Shown: one piece after another, positions 36,847 through 45,814 of the stretch
Numbering within the stretch: position 1 is the stretch's first letter
Layout: each line of letters starts with the position of its first letter
IMG/VR virus record: IMGVR_UViG_3300044295_000252
Location: 2,682 to 66,681 of that record
DNA: 64,000 nucleotides
Strand: one strand, 5' to 3'
From: a virus
Lineage: Duplodnaviria; Heunggongvirae; Uroviricota; Caudoviricetes
Notes under the pieces: generated by a model
The model's input: the letters and a program-made list of their open reading frames with translations, nothing else
Told to the model about the DNA's origin: nothing
The model's database searches: none
Program-made: the position numbers and the translations under genes

Positions 36847-37769
36847 AACAACTTTACAAAACGATCATTGATACTGCGAAGAAAGAAAACAGAGTGAAAT
36901 ATCAGGGGATATATTACGAAAACCATCATGTTGTTCCGGAGTTTATGTTTAAGAATAGGAAACGTTCGGGGCCAAAAGGACATTTGGATGGCAATCCAGA
37001 TAGTAAGGAAAATTTAGTTTTACTTACATTTTCGGAACATCTTTTAGCTCATTATTATCTATTTGAAATATACAAAAATACTCGTTATGCTTATTCTGCT
37101 GGGTCTGCTTTGCAGTTTTTCTTTGTTAAGGCAACTGGGAAACATAAAAGACAATTAAATTTATCAGAAGTTGATCAAAAACTCCTAAAGGAGATGGAAC
37201 ATTTACGATTAATTGGGATAGAAAGTATAAGTAAAGCAAGGCGTGGGAAAATGCCAGCAATTGACGCCATTACTAGGGAAAAGAAAGGTTCGGTACCGGT
37301 AGATCATCCTAAAGTATTATCTGGAGAATGGGTACATCATAGCAAAGGTGTTCCGGGAAAATCCGGAAGAGACATGAATGGCTCAAAAAATAACAACTTC
37401 AAAGAAATGAGCAAAGAACGTAAGGAGCGGTTGTGGAGATGTGTTGTTAATTCGTGCCAAGATAATTATTTGAAGAAAAAATTACTTTTGGAAAAGATTA
37501 AGGAAGAATTCACCGAATTTAAAAAAATTTCATTAGTTTGGGTATTGAATAACTATGGTTCTTTGAAAAATTTATTGATTGAAACAAACAAAAATTTAAA
37601 CACGAATATTAAATATGAATCATATCATAGAAGTACAGAACAAAGAAAAATAGCCTCAAGAAACTCATCCAAGCATCGTTGGTATAATAACGGCATCAAA
37701 AATGTACGTGTAACAAGTGAAAAAGATTTTTGTAAAAATAACCCAGAATTTATTTCAGGAAGAATTTAA
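36840..37769 (+). CDS. Free-standing HNH homing endonuclease (MobE-like)
   Basis: YKTII..A...YYENHHVVP...NLVLLTFSEHLLAH; AT-rich. SD GGAGG at 36829-33 favours ATG 36840 over 36825. Confidence 0.8.
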   Translation: MYKQLYKTIIDTAKKENRVKYQGIYYENHHVVPEFMFKNRKRSGPKGHLDGNPDSKENLVLLTFSEHLLAHYYLFEIYKNTRYAYSAGSALQFFFVKATGKHKRQLNLSEVDQKLLKEMEHLRLIGIESISKARRGKMPAIDAITREKKGSVPVDHPKVLSGEWVHHSKGVPGKSGRDMNGSKNNNFKEMSKERKERLWRCVVNSCQDNYLKKKLLLEKIKEEFTEFKKISLVWVLNNYGSLKNLLIETNKNLNTNIKYESYHRSTEQRKIASRNSSKHRWYNNGIKNVRVTSEKDFCKNNPEFISGRI

Positions 37770-37771
37770 AA

Positions 37772-37873
37772 ATGATCAAAATTAAAAAAATTAAGGTTGC
37801 TCCCACAGATGTTTATGACATTTCGGTTCCGGAAACCAAATGTTTTTTTGCAGATAATATCTTGGTCCATAAC
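37772..37873 (+). mobile_element. Split intein C-fragment (34 aa)
   Basis: Block F VYDISV, terminal His-Asn, and +1 Cys at 37874-76. Confidence 0.9.
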
Positions 37874-38857
37874 TGCGAGATAACTCTACCCACACGACCA
37901 TTAACGGACATTAACGACGAAAATGGTCGTATCAGTCTTTGTACGTTGTCAGCAATTAATTGGGGTTTAATTGATGATCCCAAAGACTTTGAAAAATATT
38001 GTACCCTAGCAGTTCGTGGTTTAGATAGTCTACTAAGCTACCAAAATTATCCTATCAAAGCGGCACAAATTGCTACTCGTGAATTTAGACCACTGGGTGT
38101 AGGTATTGTGAACTTTGCATATTGGCTAGCCAAGCATGACCTAAAATACAGTGATGATTCAGCATTAGATCTTGTAAATGAATACGCAGAAGCATGGAGT
38201 TATTATCTTATAAAAGCCAGCGCAGATTTAGCAGCCGAATTAGGCGCTTGCGAACTAAATGCCCAAACAAAATACGCACAGGGTATACTGCCAGTTGATA
38301 CTTATAAGGACGAAGTGGATGAGTTGGTAACTGACAAATTACGTATGCCCTGGGAACAATTGCGAGCACAATTAAAAGCAACAGGTATACGCAATGCCAC
38401 CTTAATGGCTATAATGCCAGCAGAAACCTCGGCACAGATCAGCAATAGCACAAATGGTGTTGAGCCGCCACGCAGCTATGTTAGTGTAAAACAAAGCAAG
38501 GATGGCGCACTGAAACAAGTTGTCCCCAAATTTCGACGTCTAAAGAACAAATATGAACTGTTGTGGGATCAAAAAAGCCCAGAGGGATATTTGAAAATTA
38601 TGGCCGTATTGCAGAAATATATCGATCAAAGCATCAGTGTCAATACCAGCTACAATCCGCAATTCTATGAAGAAGAAAAGATCCCCATGAGCGAAATGCT
38701 GCGACACGTAATTATGTGTTACAAATATGGGTTAAAAACTCTCTATTATTTTAACACCTATGATGGCCAGGGAGAAGTAGACGTAAACAAAATGATCGCG
38801 TTAAAACAGGATGAAGTCAAGCAGGAGTCAGAAATCTGCGACAGTTGCGCCATTTAA
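37772..38857 (+). CDS. nrdA: Split-intein IntC fused to the C-terminal half of RNR alpha
   Basis: MIKIKKIK...VYDISV...FFADNILVHN then CEITLP, CTLSAINW, MPAETS, NGVEP, GLKTLYY and terminal CDSCAI. Confidence 0.92.
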   Translation: MIKIKKIKVAPTDVYDISVPETKCFFADNILVHNCEITLPTRPLTDINDENGRISLCTLSAINWGLIDDPKDFEKYCTLAVRGLDSLLSYQNYPIKAAQIATREFRPLGVGIVNFAYWLAKHDLKYSDDSALDLVNEYAEAWSYYLIKASADLAAELGACELNAQTKYAQGILPVDTYKDEVDELVTDKLRMPWEQLRAQLKATGIRNATLMAIMPAETSAQISNSTNGVEPPRSYVSVKQSKDGALKQVVPKFRRLKNKYELLWDQKSPEGYLKIMAVLQKYIDQSISVNTSYNPQFYEEEKIPMSEMLRHVIMCYKYGLKTLYYFNTYDGQGEVDVNKMIALKQDEVKQESEICDSCAI

Positions 38858-38913
38858 TTTGAGCTTTTCAATACAAACAATATATAATAAACTATCTTCT
38901 ATACGGATCAATT

Positions 38914-40059
38914 ATGACACATTCGGTATTTCCCTTAAACAAAAAGAAAAGCCATCTTGAAGCGTTGATGTTTTTAGACCCTAGTGGTCCAGTTGATATT
39001 CAGCGATATGAGGAACTCAAATATAAACAGTTCGAACGTTTGACTGAAAAACAAATAGGATTTTTTTGGCAACCAACTGAGGTCGACGTGTTGCGTGATG
39101 CAAAAGATTTTAAAGATCTTAATAAACATGAGCAACATATCTTTACAAGCAATCTCAAGCGTCAGATATTGCTAGATAGTGTACAGGGGCGCAGTCCTAA
39201 CCTAGCATTCCTTCCGCTAGCCACTATTCCAGAACTAGAAACGTGGATGGAGATTTGGAGTTTTAACGAAACTATACACAGCAGAAGTTATACACACATT
39301 ATACGTAATATCTATCCAGATCCTGGTAAGATATTTGATGAGTTAAAAGAGACCAAAGAAATAGTAGACTGTGCAGTAGACATCAGCAAGTATTATGATG
39401 ACTTAATTGATTACAGTTTGTGGTATCGGCTGTTGGGTAAAGGCACACATACTATAACAAGTGGCAAAGACACAAAAACCATAGAAATAAAAGGTAGGGA
39501 ACTAAAACGTAGATTGTGGTTAGCTATTAACAGTGTAAATGCGCTGGAGGGTATACGTTTTTATGTCAGCTTTGCTTGTAGCTGGGCATTTGCGGAGTTG
39601 AAAAAGATGGAGGGCAATGCAAAAATCATTAAACTGATTTGCCGTGACGAGAATCTACACTTGGCCAGCACACAGACCATGCTAAAACTATTGCCCAAAG
39701 ATGATCCAGTATTTGAAAAAATTGCAGAGGAAACGCAGGCCGAATGTGAGGCAATGTTTATAGCAGCAGCCGAGCAGGAAAAGGCCTGGGCACGTTATTT
39801 GTTCCGTGATGGTAGTATGATTGGTCTCAACGAACAACTGCTATGCAATTATGTAGAGTTCATTACGAATAAACGTATGAATGCAGCTGGTCTTAAATCC
39901 CCATTCAAACCGCAAAGTGACCCCTTGCCCTGGACGGCAAAGTGGATCAGCGGCAGTGAGGTTCAAGTAGCGCCACAGGAAACTGAAATCAGCAGCTACA
40001 TTATTGGTGGTACCAAGCAGGATATAACTGAAAATACTTTTAAAGGAATGAGTCTATGA
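38914..40059 (+). CDS. nrdB: Class Ia RNR beta subunit
   Basis: FFWQPTEV, QILLDSVQGR, ETIHSRSY, LEGIRFYVSFA, RDENLH and APQETEISSY. Confidence 0.95.
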   Translation: MTHSVFPLNKKKSHLEALMFLDPSGPVDIQRYEELKYKQFERLTEKQIGFFWQPTEVDVLRDAKDFKDLNKHEQHIFTSNLKRQILLDSVQGRSPNLAFLPLATIPELETWMEIWSFNETIHSRSYTHIIRNIYPDPGKIFDELKETKEIVDCAVDISKYYDDLIDYSLWYRLLGKGTHTITSGKDTKTIEIKGRELKRRLWLAINSVNALEGIRFYVSFACSWAFAELKKMEGNAKIIKLICRDENLHLASTQTMLKLLPKDDPVFEKIAEETQAECEAMFIAAAEQEKAWARYLFRDGSMIGLNEQLLCNYVEFITNKRMNAAGLKSPFKPQSDPLPWTAKWISGSEVQVAPQETEISSYIIGGTKQDITENTFKGMSL

Positions 40060-40313
40060 CATTAACAATTTACAGCAAGGCTAATTGTCCCTTTTGTGAG
40101 ATGGCCAAAAAATACTTGCAAAGCAAAAACATTAACTATCAGGAACTACGTATTGATCAAGATGCAGATGCTAGACAGTTTTTGCTAAGTGAAGGGCATC
40201 GCAGTGTACCACAGCTATATCTAGATGGCAAATTATTTGTTCAGGGCGGTTACGATGGGTTAAAAGAATTAACCGAACAGCAATTAATGGATCGGTTGAC
40301 ACCACTATGCTAA
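40056..40313 (+). CDS. Glutaredoxin (RNR electron donor)
   Basis: CPFC active site and SVPQLY...GGYDGL. Confidence 0.9.
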   Translation: MTLTIYSKANCPFCEMAKKYLQSKNINYQELRIDQDADARQFLLSEGHRSVPQLYLDGKLFVQGGYDGLKELTEQQLMDRLTPLC

Positions 40314-40615
40314 AAGAAAAACAACAACTAGAAGGACAATTAACCAGTTTTAAGTTAATAACTGGTGAGGAAATTATAGCAAGATTAGATGAACAACGTG
40401 ACAACCAATATGTCCTAAGTAGACCAGTTATTCTAGTACCCACGGAACGAGGCACTGCAATGGTGCCGTACCTTCTAACTGCCGATGTCACGGATGAGAT
40501 CGTCTTGGATTTTAGCAAAGTTATAATGATTGCTGCTAGTAAAAAGGAACTGGAAGCAGGCTATATTCAATCCACCACAGGAATCAGCACAATAAATACT
40601 GGTATAGTGAGGTAA
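40307..40615 (+). CDS. Sm-like-fold phage protein
   Basis: SFKLITGEEIIAR...P motif seen in T4-like phage Sm-like proteins. Confidence 0.55.
   Translation: MLKEKQQLEGQLTSFKLITGEEIIARLDEQRDNQYVLSRPVILVPTERGTAMVPYLLTADVTDEIVLDFSKVIMIAASKKELEAGYIQSTTGISTINTGIVR
40591..40598 (+). promoter_or_regulatory. Late-type promoter AATAAATA
   Basis: Upstream of the PAAR gene SD GAGG. Confidence 0.5.
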
Positions 40616-40621
40616 TCATGT

Positions 40622-40906
40622 ATGCCAGCAGTAGTACGACGCGGTGATATCAACAACGCAGCAGGCCCAGCAGCCAGCAATTTAGCCAATACTGTTATAA
40701 TAAACGGTGTACCCTGCGCCGTCGTGGGCACTATTATTGCATCACACGAACCATTTGGCCCACCGCATCCGCCGCATGAAGCACCGGTCATTACCAGTGG
40801 TGTTAACACAGTGATCGTAGAAGGTAGAGTTATTGCTGTAATTGGCAGCAGCAATAGTTGCGGTCATACCATGGCTCAGGGTAGCCCAGATACTATAGCG
40901 GGATAA
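40622..40906 (+). CDS. PAAR spike-tip protein (T4 gp5.4-like)
   Basis: MPAVVRRGD...VIING.P...H.P..PPH....GS..SCGH...GSP. Confidence 0.85.
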   Translation: MPAVVRRGDINNAAGPAASNLANTVIINGVPCAVVGTIIASHEPFGPPHPPHEAPVITSGVNTVIVEGRVIAVIGSSNSCGHTMAQGSPDTIAG

Positions 40907-40908
40907 TT

Positions 40909-41697
40909 ATGCCTTGTTCAGCCACTACACCCAGCATACCTAACGTTAATTTTACGCCTGCGGTCATTCCCGCTGCACCTATCATAGCACCTGGTGTACC
41001 CAGTGACCCTGCGGCCGGTACTAAACCTGATGACGCAACCGCACCTGGTAGTCCAGCTAATATTTTGGCACCACTGACTTGTGACAAGTGGCCAGTAGAC
41101 GGCTATGAAGGTCAGGATATTTATTATCAAAAGTTAAGTAACAATTTTACATTAGGTGATTTAACAATAGGAGGTGCACCAGGACCTAGGCGAATAGTTG
41201 GTGGTGCACTCAAACCCTACAAAGTAATAGCAATGCCCATGGCTGTAAGCGGAGGTCAACCCTGCCCGGTCACTGCGCAACAGGTTGCATGTCACTTAAG
41301 CATCTTGGCTACTAATCTTTTAGATCCCATAGATGAATATGTAAAAAGCCAGGGCTGGCGTTTAGAAATTAATAGTGGCTTTAGAAGTGGACCCAAGGAA
41401 GCTGACCATGGAATAGGTTTAGCAGCAGATTTAAATATTACGAGGAACAACGCAGTAATAACTGAAACGCAGCGCAGAGCGATGATGGAATGGATTCTAA
41501 GCAACTTAGGCACAAAGGTAAGACAAATATTGTTTGAAAAAACAGCATTGGCTAGTCCACTGGGCTGGATACATGTAAGTGCTACTACACCTAAAATGTC
41601 TGATCGTGGTGCTAGCAAAGTAGGTACACTTATTGGTCCCAGCTATACTTGGTTAAGCGGCTTACCAGGCACAAATGGATATACATTAATGACATGA
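40909..41697 (+). CDS. Peptidase M15-family cell-wall hydrolase with Pro-rich N-terminus
   Basis: LSNNFTLGDL, INSGFRS..H..GLAADL and GWIHVS zinc-peptidase motifs. Confidence 0.75.
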   Translation: MPCSATTPSIPNVNFTPAVIPAAPIIAPGVPSDPAAGTKPDDATAPGSPANILAPLTCDKWPVDGYEGQDIYYQKLSNNFTLGDLTIGGAPGPRRIVGGALKPYKVIAMPMAVSGGQPCPVTAQQVACHLSILATNLLDPIDEYVKSQGWRLEINSGFRSGPKEADHGIGLAADLNITRNNAVITETQRRAMMEWILSNLGTKVRQILFEKTALASPLGWIHVSATTPKMSDRGASKVGTLIGPSYTWLSGLPGTNGYTLMT

Positions 41698-43418
41698 GTT
41701 ACACACCACTTAGTACTTACGCAAGCATAGGCCTAATGCAAAACCAGGGTTTAGATTTGTCATATATTACAAATCTTTCAGCTGCATATAATGCATCGCC
41801 AATCGTCGCATCTTTTAATAATTGCATAACATTAGCTGATGCAGCAGATGGTAACCCTACCACTCCAGGTCCCAACAAGACCTTGGTAATGACTATAGGA
41901 GCAGAATCTATTCCCGGTATGTTAGGTGTTATGCCTGGCGACCACGCGGGGGCATTGGGTGCCACTAATACATTAACAGGGTCAGCATTAAGCCAAGCTG
42001 GTAAAATATTTCCCAGCGGTGATATCAGCAGTTTTGTTCAAAACTTTGGCAAGAGTAGTGCAGCAGCCAGCAGCAGCAATGATCTTTTACAGGCTGCACA
42101 GGCACTGGCAAAGAAGGGCTGGAGTGAATTTGGTGGCGGTATTACAAAATTAAGCGACGTAGCTACCTGTGGCCTAGGGCGACTCAGTCAAGTATCTGGA
42201 ACTGGTTTAAAAGAACTGGGTGAACAACTCAGTAAGTTGGGCAGTAGTGAGAATGTAGCAGAACTAACGGCCGCTAAAAATCAATTTGCATCAGACTATG
42301 CAGAATTTTCCGGCAAGATGGGTAATAGTGTTAACTCTGCAGTAAACTTTATACAAAAAGGTGCAGGGTCGGTGGGAGACTTGTCGGGTAAACTGGCAGC
42401 AGCAGGATTACCAGTTGATGAAAGATTAGCAGACTTTGCCAACAACCAATTTGCTGTCAGCAAGGTAACAGGCATCTTGGATAGTATTAACGTACCCAAG
42501 GACATAGAAAGTTTAAAAAGCAAGTTGGATGTTAATATTGATTTGCCCATAGGCAAAGCAAGTGATTTATTAGATCCCACTAAGGCTGTGCCACAGTTAA
42601 AAAACTTTCTTGATACAGAAGTATTTCAGCAGTTGCCAGGTGTATTAAATGGTATACCAGGCAGTGATGCCATACAGGACCCAGGCGTACTGGGGAAAGT
42701 TTTACAGCAATTGCGAGATGTTCCTAATTCAGCTGCATTAGATGCGTTACCTAACTTTGTACAGCCCAGTGACCTAGCAAATTTAGAAAGTTTCTTCCCC
42801 TCAATTGATGATGCTGATGCCGGAATTACCACGCAGGATCTAATAGGTGTAGTAGCTGGTGGGAAATTTGGTACGATACTAGCGGCAGCAAAAAAAGCTA
42901 ACGATGAGATAGCTAATAGTCCACAAGCTCAAGTTATTGCTACTTTACTAAGTGAATTAGCAGCAGATTTGTCTATAGCTGGTGCTGGAGACTGGACTAC
43001 TACTATTATGGATCCTACTCCGGGAAACAATCGCACCATAACAGATTACAAAACACTTATAGAAGCACAAATGACCAGTATTATTACCAGCGGCAATGGT
43101 TTGATGACGCAGTTAGCAGGTACACTGGGCGATGACTGGAGTGAGGGCGCAAGAAAGATCAGTAATCAGATTTCTGGCCTTAGTAAGATGAATATAGACC
43201 TAACACAGGTCAGCACAGGTAATAAAATGGCGCTGATTGGTTTTGGTCGAAGCCTGGGTGACCTAGCTAAACAGCCGGGAAATGAAGAAATTTTAGCTAA
43301 TTTATGCGCAGATAATGAAGTTGGGCAAGCTATTAAACTTCACGTCATTGAGAAGCAAAATTTAGAGATTTTGCAAAAATTTGGTTTAAATCCACCCAAT
43401 ATCTTTCCTTTTCCTTGA
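41694..43418 (+). CDS. Probable baseplate/tail structural protein (574 aa)
   Basis: ATGA overlap with the M15 stop favours start 41694; located in the PAAR cluster; no catalytic motif recognised. Confidence 0.55.
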   Translation: MSYTPLSTYASIGLMQNQGLDLSYITNLSAAYNASPIVASFNNCITLADAADGNPTTPGPNKTLVMTIGAESIPGMLGVMPGDHAGALGATNTLTGSALSQAGKIFPSGDISSFVQNFGKSSAAASSSNDLLQAAQALAKKGWSEFGGGITKLSDVATCGLGRLSQVSGTGLKELGEQLSKLGSSENVAELTAAKNQFASDYAEFSGKMGNSVNSAVNFIQKGAGSVGDLSGKLAAAGLPVDERLADFANNQFAVSKVTGILDSINVPKDIESLKSKLDVNIDLPIGKASDLLDPTKAVPQLKNFLDTEVFQQLPGVLNGIPGSDAIQDPGVLGKVLQQLRDVPNSAALDALPNFVQPSDLANLESFFPSIDDADAGITTQDLIGVVAGGKFGTILAAAKKANDEIANSPQAQVIATLLSELAADLSIAGAGDWTTTIMDPTPGNNRTITDYKTLIEAQMTSIITSGNGLMTQLAGTLGDDWSEGARKISNQISGLSKMNIDLTQVSTGNKMALIGFGRSLGDLAKQPGNEEILANLCADNEVGQAIKLHVIEKQNLEILQKFGLNPPNIFPFP

Positions 43419-43443
43419 CATTTAACACCAGATCGCGTAATAT
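43415..43443 (+). promoter_or_regulatory. Sigma70-like promoter TTGACA-N17-TAATAT
   Basis: Upstream of the SleB-like gene. Confidence 0.5.
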
Positions 43444-43520
43444 TGCCGTATAGTTTATAGTAGTGCTTATCTTAGTCAAGCACAAGGTATATAAATTGCA
43501 ACCTAAAGGAGAAAGCTAAA

Positions 43521-44087
43521 ATGGAAAATGTAGCCGTTTTTCATAGTGACCAAGAAGCTTTGGTGAAACTTTCAAAAGGCCTAACCAAGGCTTTGGGGTT
43601 TTTAGTAGTGATGTCAGCATTGTTTATGGTCACTTCGGCCAAACTAAATGCATTAAGACATGTGGACGAGCCATCGTTTGCATCAGCAGCAGAAAAAACC
43701 AAACAGTTGGATTGTTTGGCGCGTAATGTATATTATGAAGCAGGCAATGAGCCGTTTGAAGGCAAAGTGTTGGTGGCGCAGGTAACTATACAACGAGTAG
43801 AAACTGGCAGATTTGCCAAAGATATTTGTGGGGTAGTAAATCAACGCAACGTCATCATGGAAAAAGTGGTATGCCAATTCAGTTGGTTATGTGATGGTAC
43901 TGCTAAAATAAAACCGGTACATAATGCTGCCTACAAGGAAAGCGAAGATGTAGCCAAGCGTGTTTTATTTGAAAACTTCCGCATGCCCGGCTTTAAAGAA
44001 GCATTGTATTATCATGCCACATACGTAAATCCAAATTGGAATAGAGAACGTATTGGCACTGTGGGTCAACATATCTATTACAAATAA
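43521..44087 (+). CDS. Cell wall hydrolase (SleB/Hydrolase_2)
   Basis: N-terminal TM helix; CLARNVYYEAGNE, QFSW, ALYYHATYV.P.W and IG..GQHIYY. Confidence 0.88.
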   Translation: MENVAVFHSDQEALVKLSKGLTKALGFLVVMSALFMVTSAKLNALRHVDEPSFASAAEKTKQLDCLARNVYYEAGNEPFEGKVLVAQVTIQRVETGRFAKDICGVVNQRNVIMEKVVCQFSWLCDGTAKIKPVHNAAYKESEDVAKRVLFENFRMPGFKEALYYHATYVNPNWNRERIGTVGQHIYYK

Positions 44088-44095
44088 GGATTACC

Positions 44096-44407
44096 ATGCA
44101 TACTTTAAATGAATTCAGGCTTGCTGCTATTAAGTTTTTCACGGATCATTTCAAACGCATATCTGCTGATACGTTAGAATGGATGACAATCATTGTGTTA
44201 CATAGTGCTACTGTGCCCAGCCTAGTAGCCTTAATGTCTGCATTATCTGACAGAACGCCGCCAGTTGATGTAGTATTGTTTATTTGGGGCGGACTGGTTT
44301 TGTTATTTTGCAGAGCTATACTTTTGAAAAACAGTGTAAACATTGTCACAAATGGATTCGGCTTTATTGTTCAAGCTGTGGCAATGGCTTTAATTTTGTT
44401 CAAGTAA
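44096..44407 (+). CDS. Three-TM membrane protein, SemiSWEET-like or holin candidate
   Basis: Three hydrophobic helices with Pro in TM1, Gly in TM2, IVTN in TM3 and terminal ILFK. Confidence 0.5.
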   Translation: MHTLNEFRLAAIKFFTDHFKRISADTLEWMTIIVLHSATVPSLVALMSALSDRTPPVDVVLFIWGGLVLLFCRAILLKNSVNIVTNGFGFIVQAVAMALILFK

Positions 44408-44413
44408 CAGCTA

Positions 44414-44421
44414 AGTAAATA
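44414..44421 (+). promoter_or_regulatory. Late-type promoter AGTAAATA
   Basis: Intergenic, upstream of SD AGGAG. Confidence 0.45.
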
Positions 44422-44454
44422 TTAGTAGCAGTCGCTACATATAGGAGCAAGTCA

Positions 44455-44691
44455 ATGACCACTAAAAAACAAAAAGTTCAAGAAGAATTGCAAATTGATG
44501 TAGAAATTGACGATGATGATGAAAGCATAACAGATACTGATTATGTTTTTATTCTAAACAATGAAGGCAAAATCAAAGGTGTATTAATGCCATCAGAGGA
44601 TGCATTTGAAGTACCCAAAAGTGTGAAGAAAATCTGCAAGTTATTGGGTTTGGACGACCCCAATAGCATGGGTATACATAGTATTCACTAA
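44455..44691 (+). CDS. Acidic hypothetical protein (78 aa)
   Basis: SD AGGAG; ORF fills the gap. Confidence 0.6.
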   Translation: MTTKKQKVQEELQIDVEIDDDDESITDTDYVFILNNEGKIKGVLMPSEDAFEVPKSVKKICKLLGLDDPNSMGIHSIH

Positions 44692-44724
44692 TAGAATCAA
44701 GCAGTTAGCACTCCTTTATTTAGG

Positions 44725-44752
44725 TTGACTTTTGTCGTCAGTCGCGTATAAT
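44725..44752 (+). promoter_or_regulatory. Early promoter TTGACT-N16-TATAAT
   Basis: Heads the small-gene region; shares 17 identical nt with the promoter at 56097. Confidence 0.75.
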
Positions 44753-44782
44753 AGCGGTATAGTTAACAACAAGGAGCCAGCG

Positions 44783-45103
44783 ATGCAAAACATTGAACAG
44801 TATCTGGAACATATCCGCAATGACTATGCTGCGTGGAATACTGGTGCTGGTGTAAATGAACTCAAACAGCAGATGATCGCTGAGTTCCGTGCAGGTGTTT
44901 GCGTTAAAGAAGGCAGCAAGTATATTAAAGTCTGCTACAACAATGGTGGCACGGTTCATAGCTTCATCGTCAAGAAAGATGCTGGCAAATTCCGTGCAGG
45001 CGACGTGCTCAAAGCTGCCAGCTATGCAGCACCGGCGCTGAACTTTGCGCGTGGCAACGTGATTGCTGGTGACTGGGCTAACGTGCGCTGGACTGGAGCC
45101 TAA
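44783..45103 (+). CDS. Hypothetical early protein
   Basis: SD AAGGAG supports ATG 44783; the KYIKV...GDVLKAAS..APA..ARGN motif is familiar from T4-like phages. Confidence 0.7.
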   Translation: MQNIEQYLEHIRNDYAAWNTGAGVNELKQQMIAEFRAGVCVKEGSKYIKVCYNNGGTVHSFIVKKDAGKFRAGDVLKAASYAAPALNFARGNVIAGDWANVRWTGA

Positions 45104-45104
45104 C

Positions 45105-45290
45105 ATGAAACGCGGTACTCGAGTCAAGATTTTGAATCTCAGCGGGCATTTTGGTTCCATGGTGCGTAAGGAATTCCACGTTCTTGTGGTAGAACCTTTT
45201 GAAGGCAAAAAACTCAAGGCAGTGTTGTTTGATTACAATGATGCCAGAGCCTATGCAAAGTGGCTACGAACTACACTGGGAGGCCAGTAA
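45105..45290 (+). CDS. Hypothetical early protein
   Basis: ATG 1 nt after the previous stop. Confidence 0.55.
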   Translation: MKRGTRVKILNLSGHFGSMVRKEFHVLVVEPFEGKKLKAVLFDYNDARAYAKWLRTTLGGQ

Positions 45291-45293
45291 CCT

Positions 45294-45641
45294 ATGAAAA
45301 ACGCCAAACGACGGATGGTTCTAGATCGCAAAATTCCCCTGTCCATTCACGATTTTGATGGGCTTGATATAGATGGTGCTGTCAAACACATCGATGGCTT
45401 TCGCAGCCAAATCAAACTGGGCGAGACTGCGGTGTTTGAGGTTGACAGTTATGGCTACGATGGCGGGGTGGATATGAGCCTGCTGATCCACCGCCAAGAG
45501 ACGGATGCCGAGCTTGAGGCCCGTCTCAAAGAAGAACGCGCCCTGCGTGAACGTCAACGCCGGAATGTAAAAATGCAAGAGTCACGTGAGTTTGAACAGT
45601 ATCAACGGCTCAAAGCCAAATTTGAAAAGGCACAATCATGA
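45294..45641 (+). CDS. Hypothetical early protein
   Basis: Tandem ORF with C-terminal coiled coil. Confidence 0.6.
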   Translation: MKNAKRRMVLDRKIPLSIHDFDGLDIDGAVKHIDGFRSQIKLGETAVFEVDSYGYDGGVDMSLLIHRQETDAELEARLKEERALRERQRRNVKMQESREFEQYQRLKAKFEKAQS

Positions 45642-45814
45642 TCACGGTCAAGTTTGAAATTGACAGCCAGGAAATCCCCACTTCTGACCTGCGGACACTG
45701 TTGGCCGCGGCCTTGATGCGTGGTGCTGATGAAACCACGTCGTGGAAAGCCGAAGCAGCGGTGTGCTCGGCGGCGCGCGCCATGCGTGATGCGGAAATTA
45801 CGGAGACTGTGTGA
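45638..45814 (+). CDS. Hypothetical early protein (58 aa, not in the ORF track)
   Basis: MITVKFEIDSQ...; start and stop overlap both neighbours. Confidence 0.55.
   Translation: MITVKFEIDSQEIPTSDLRTLLAAALMRGADETTSWKAEAAVCSAARAMRDAEITETV

Noticed and set aside
35168-38857. nrdA as a pseudogene, or interrupted by a group I intron
   Set aside because: Both halves are intact and bounded by canonical intein motifs; the insert is almost wholly coding, with no room for a ribozyme core.
43441-43520. Possible riboswitch or ncRNA in the SleB leader
   Set aside because: Only a 6-bp stem (GTGCTT/AAGCAC) is visible; not enough without an Rfam or covariance search.
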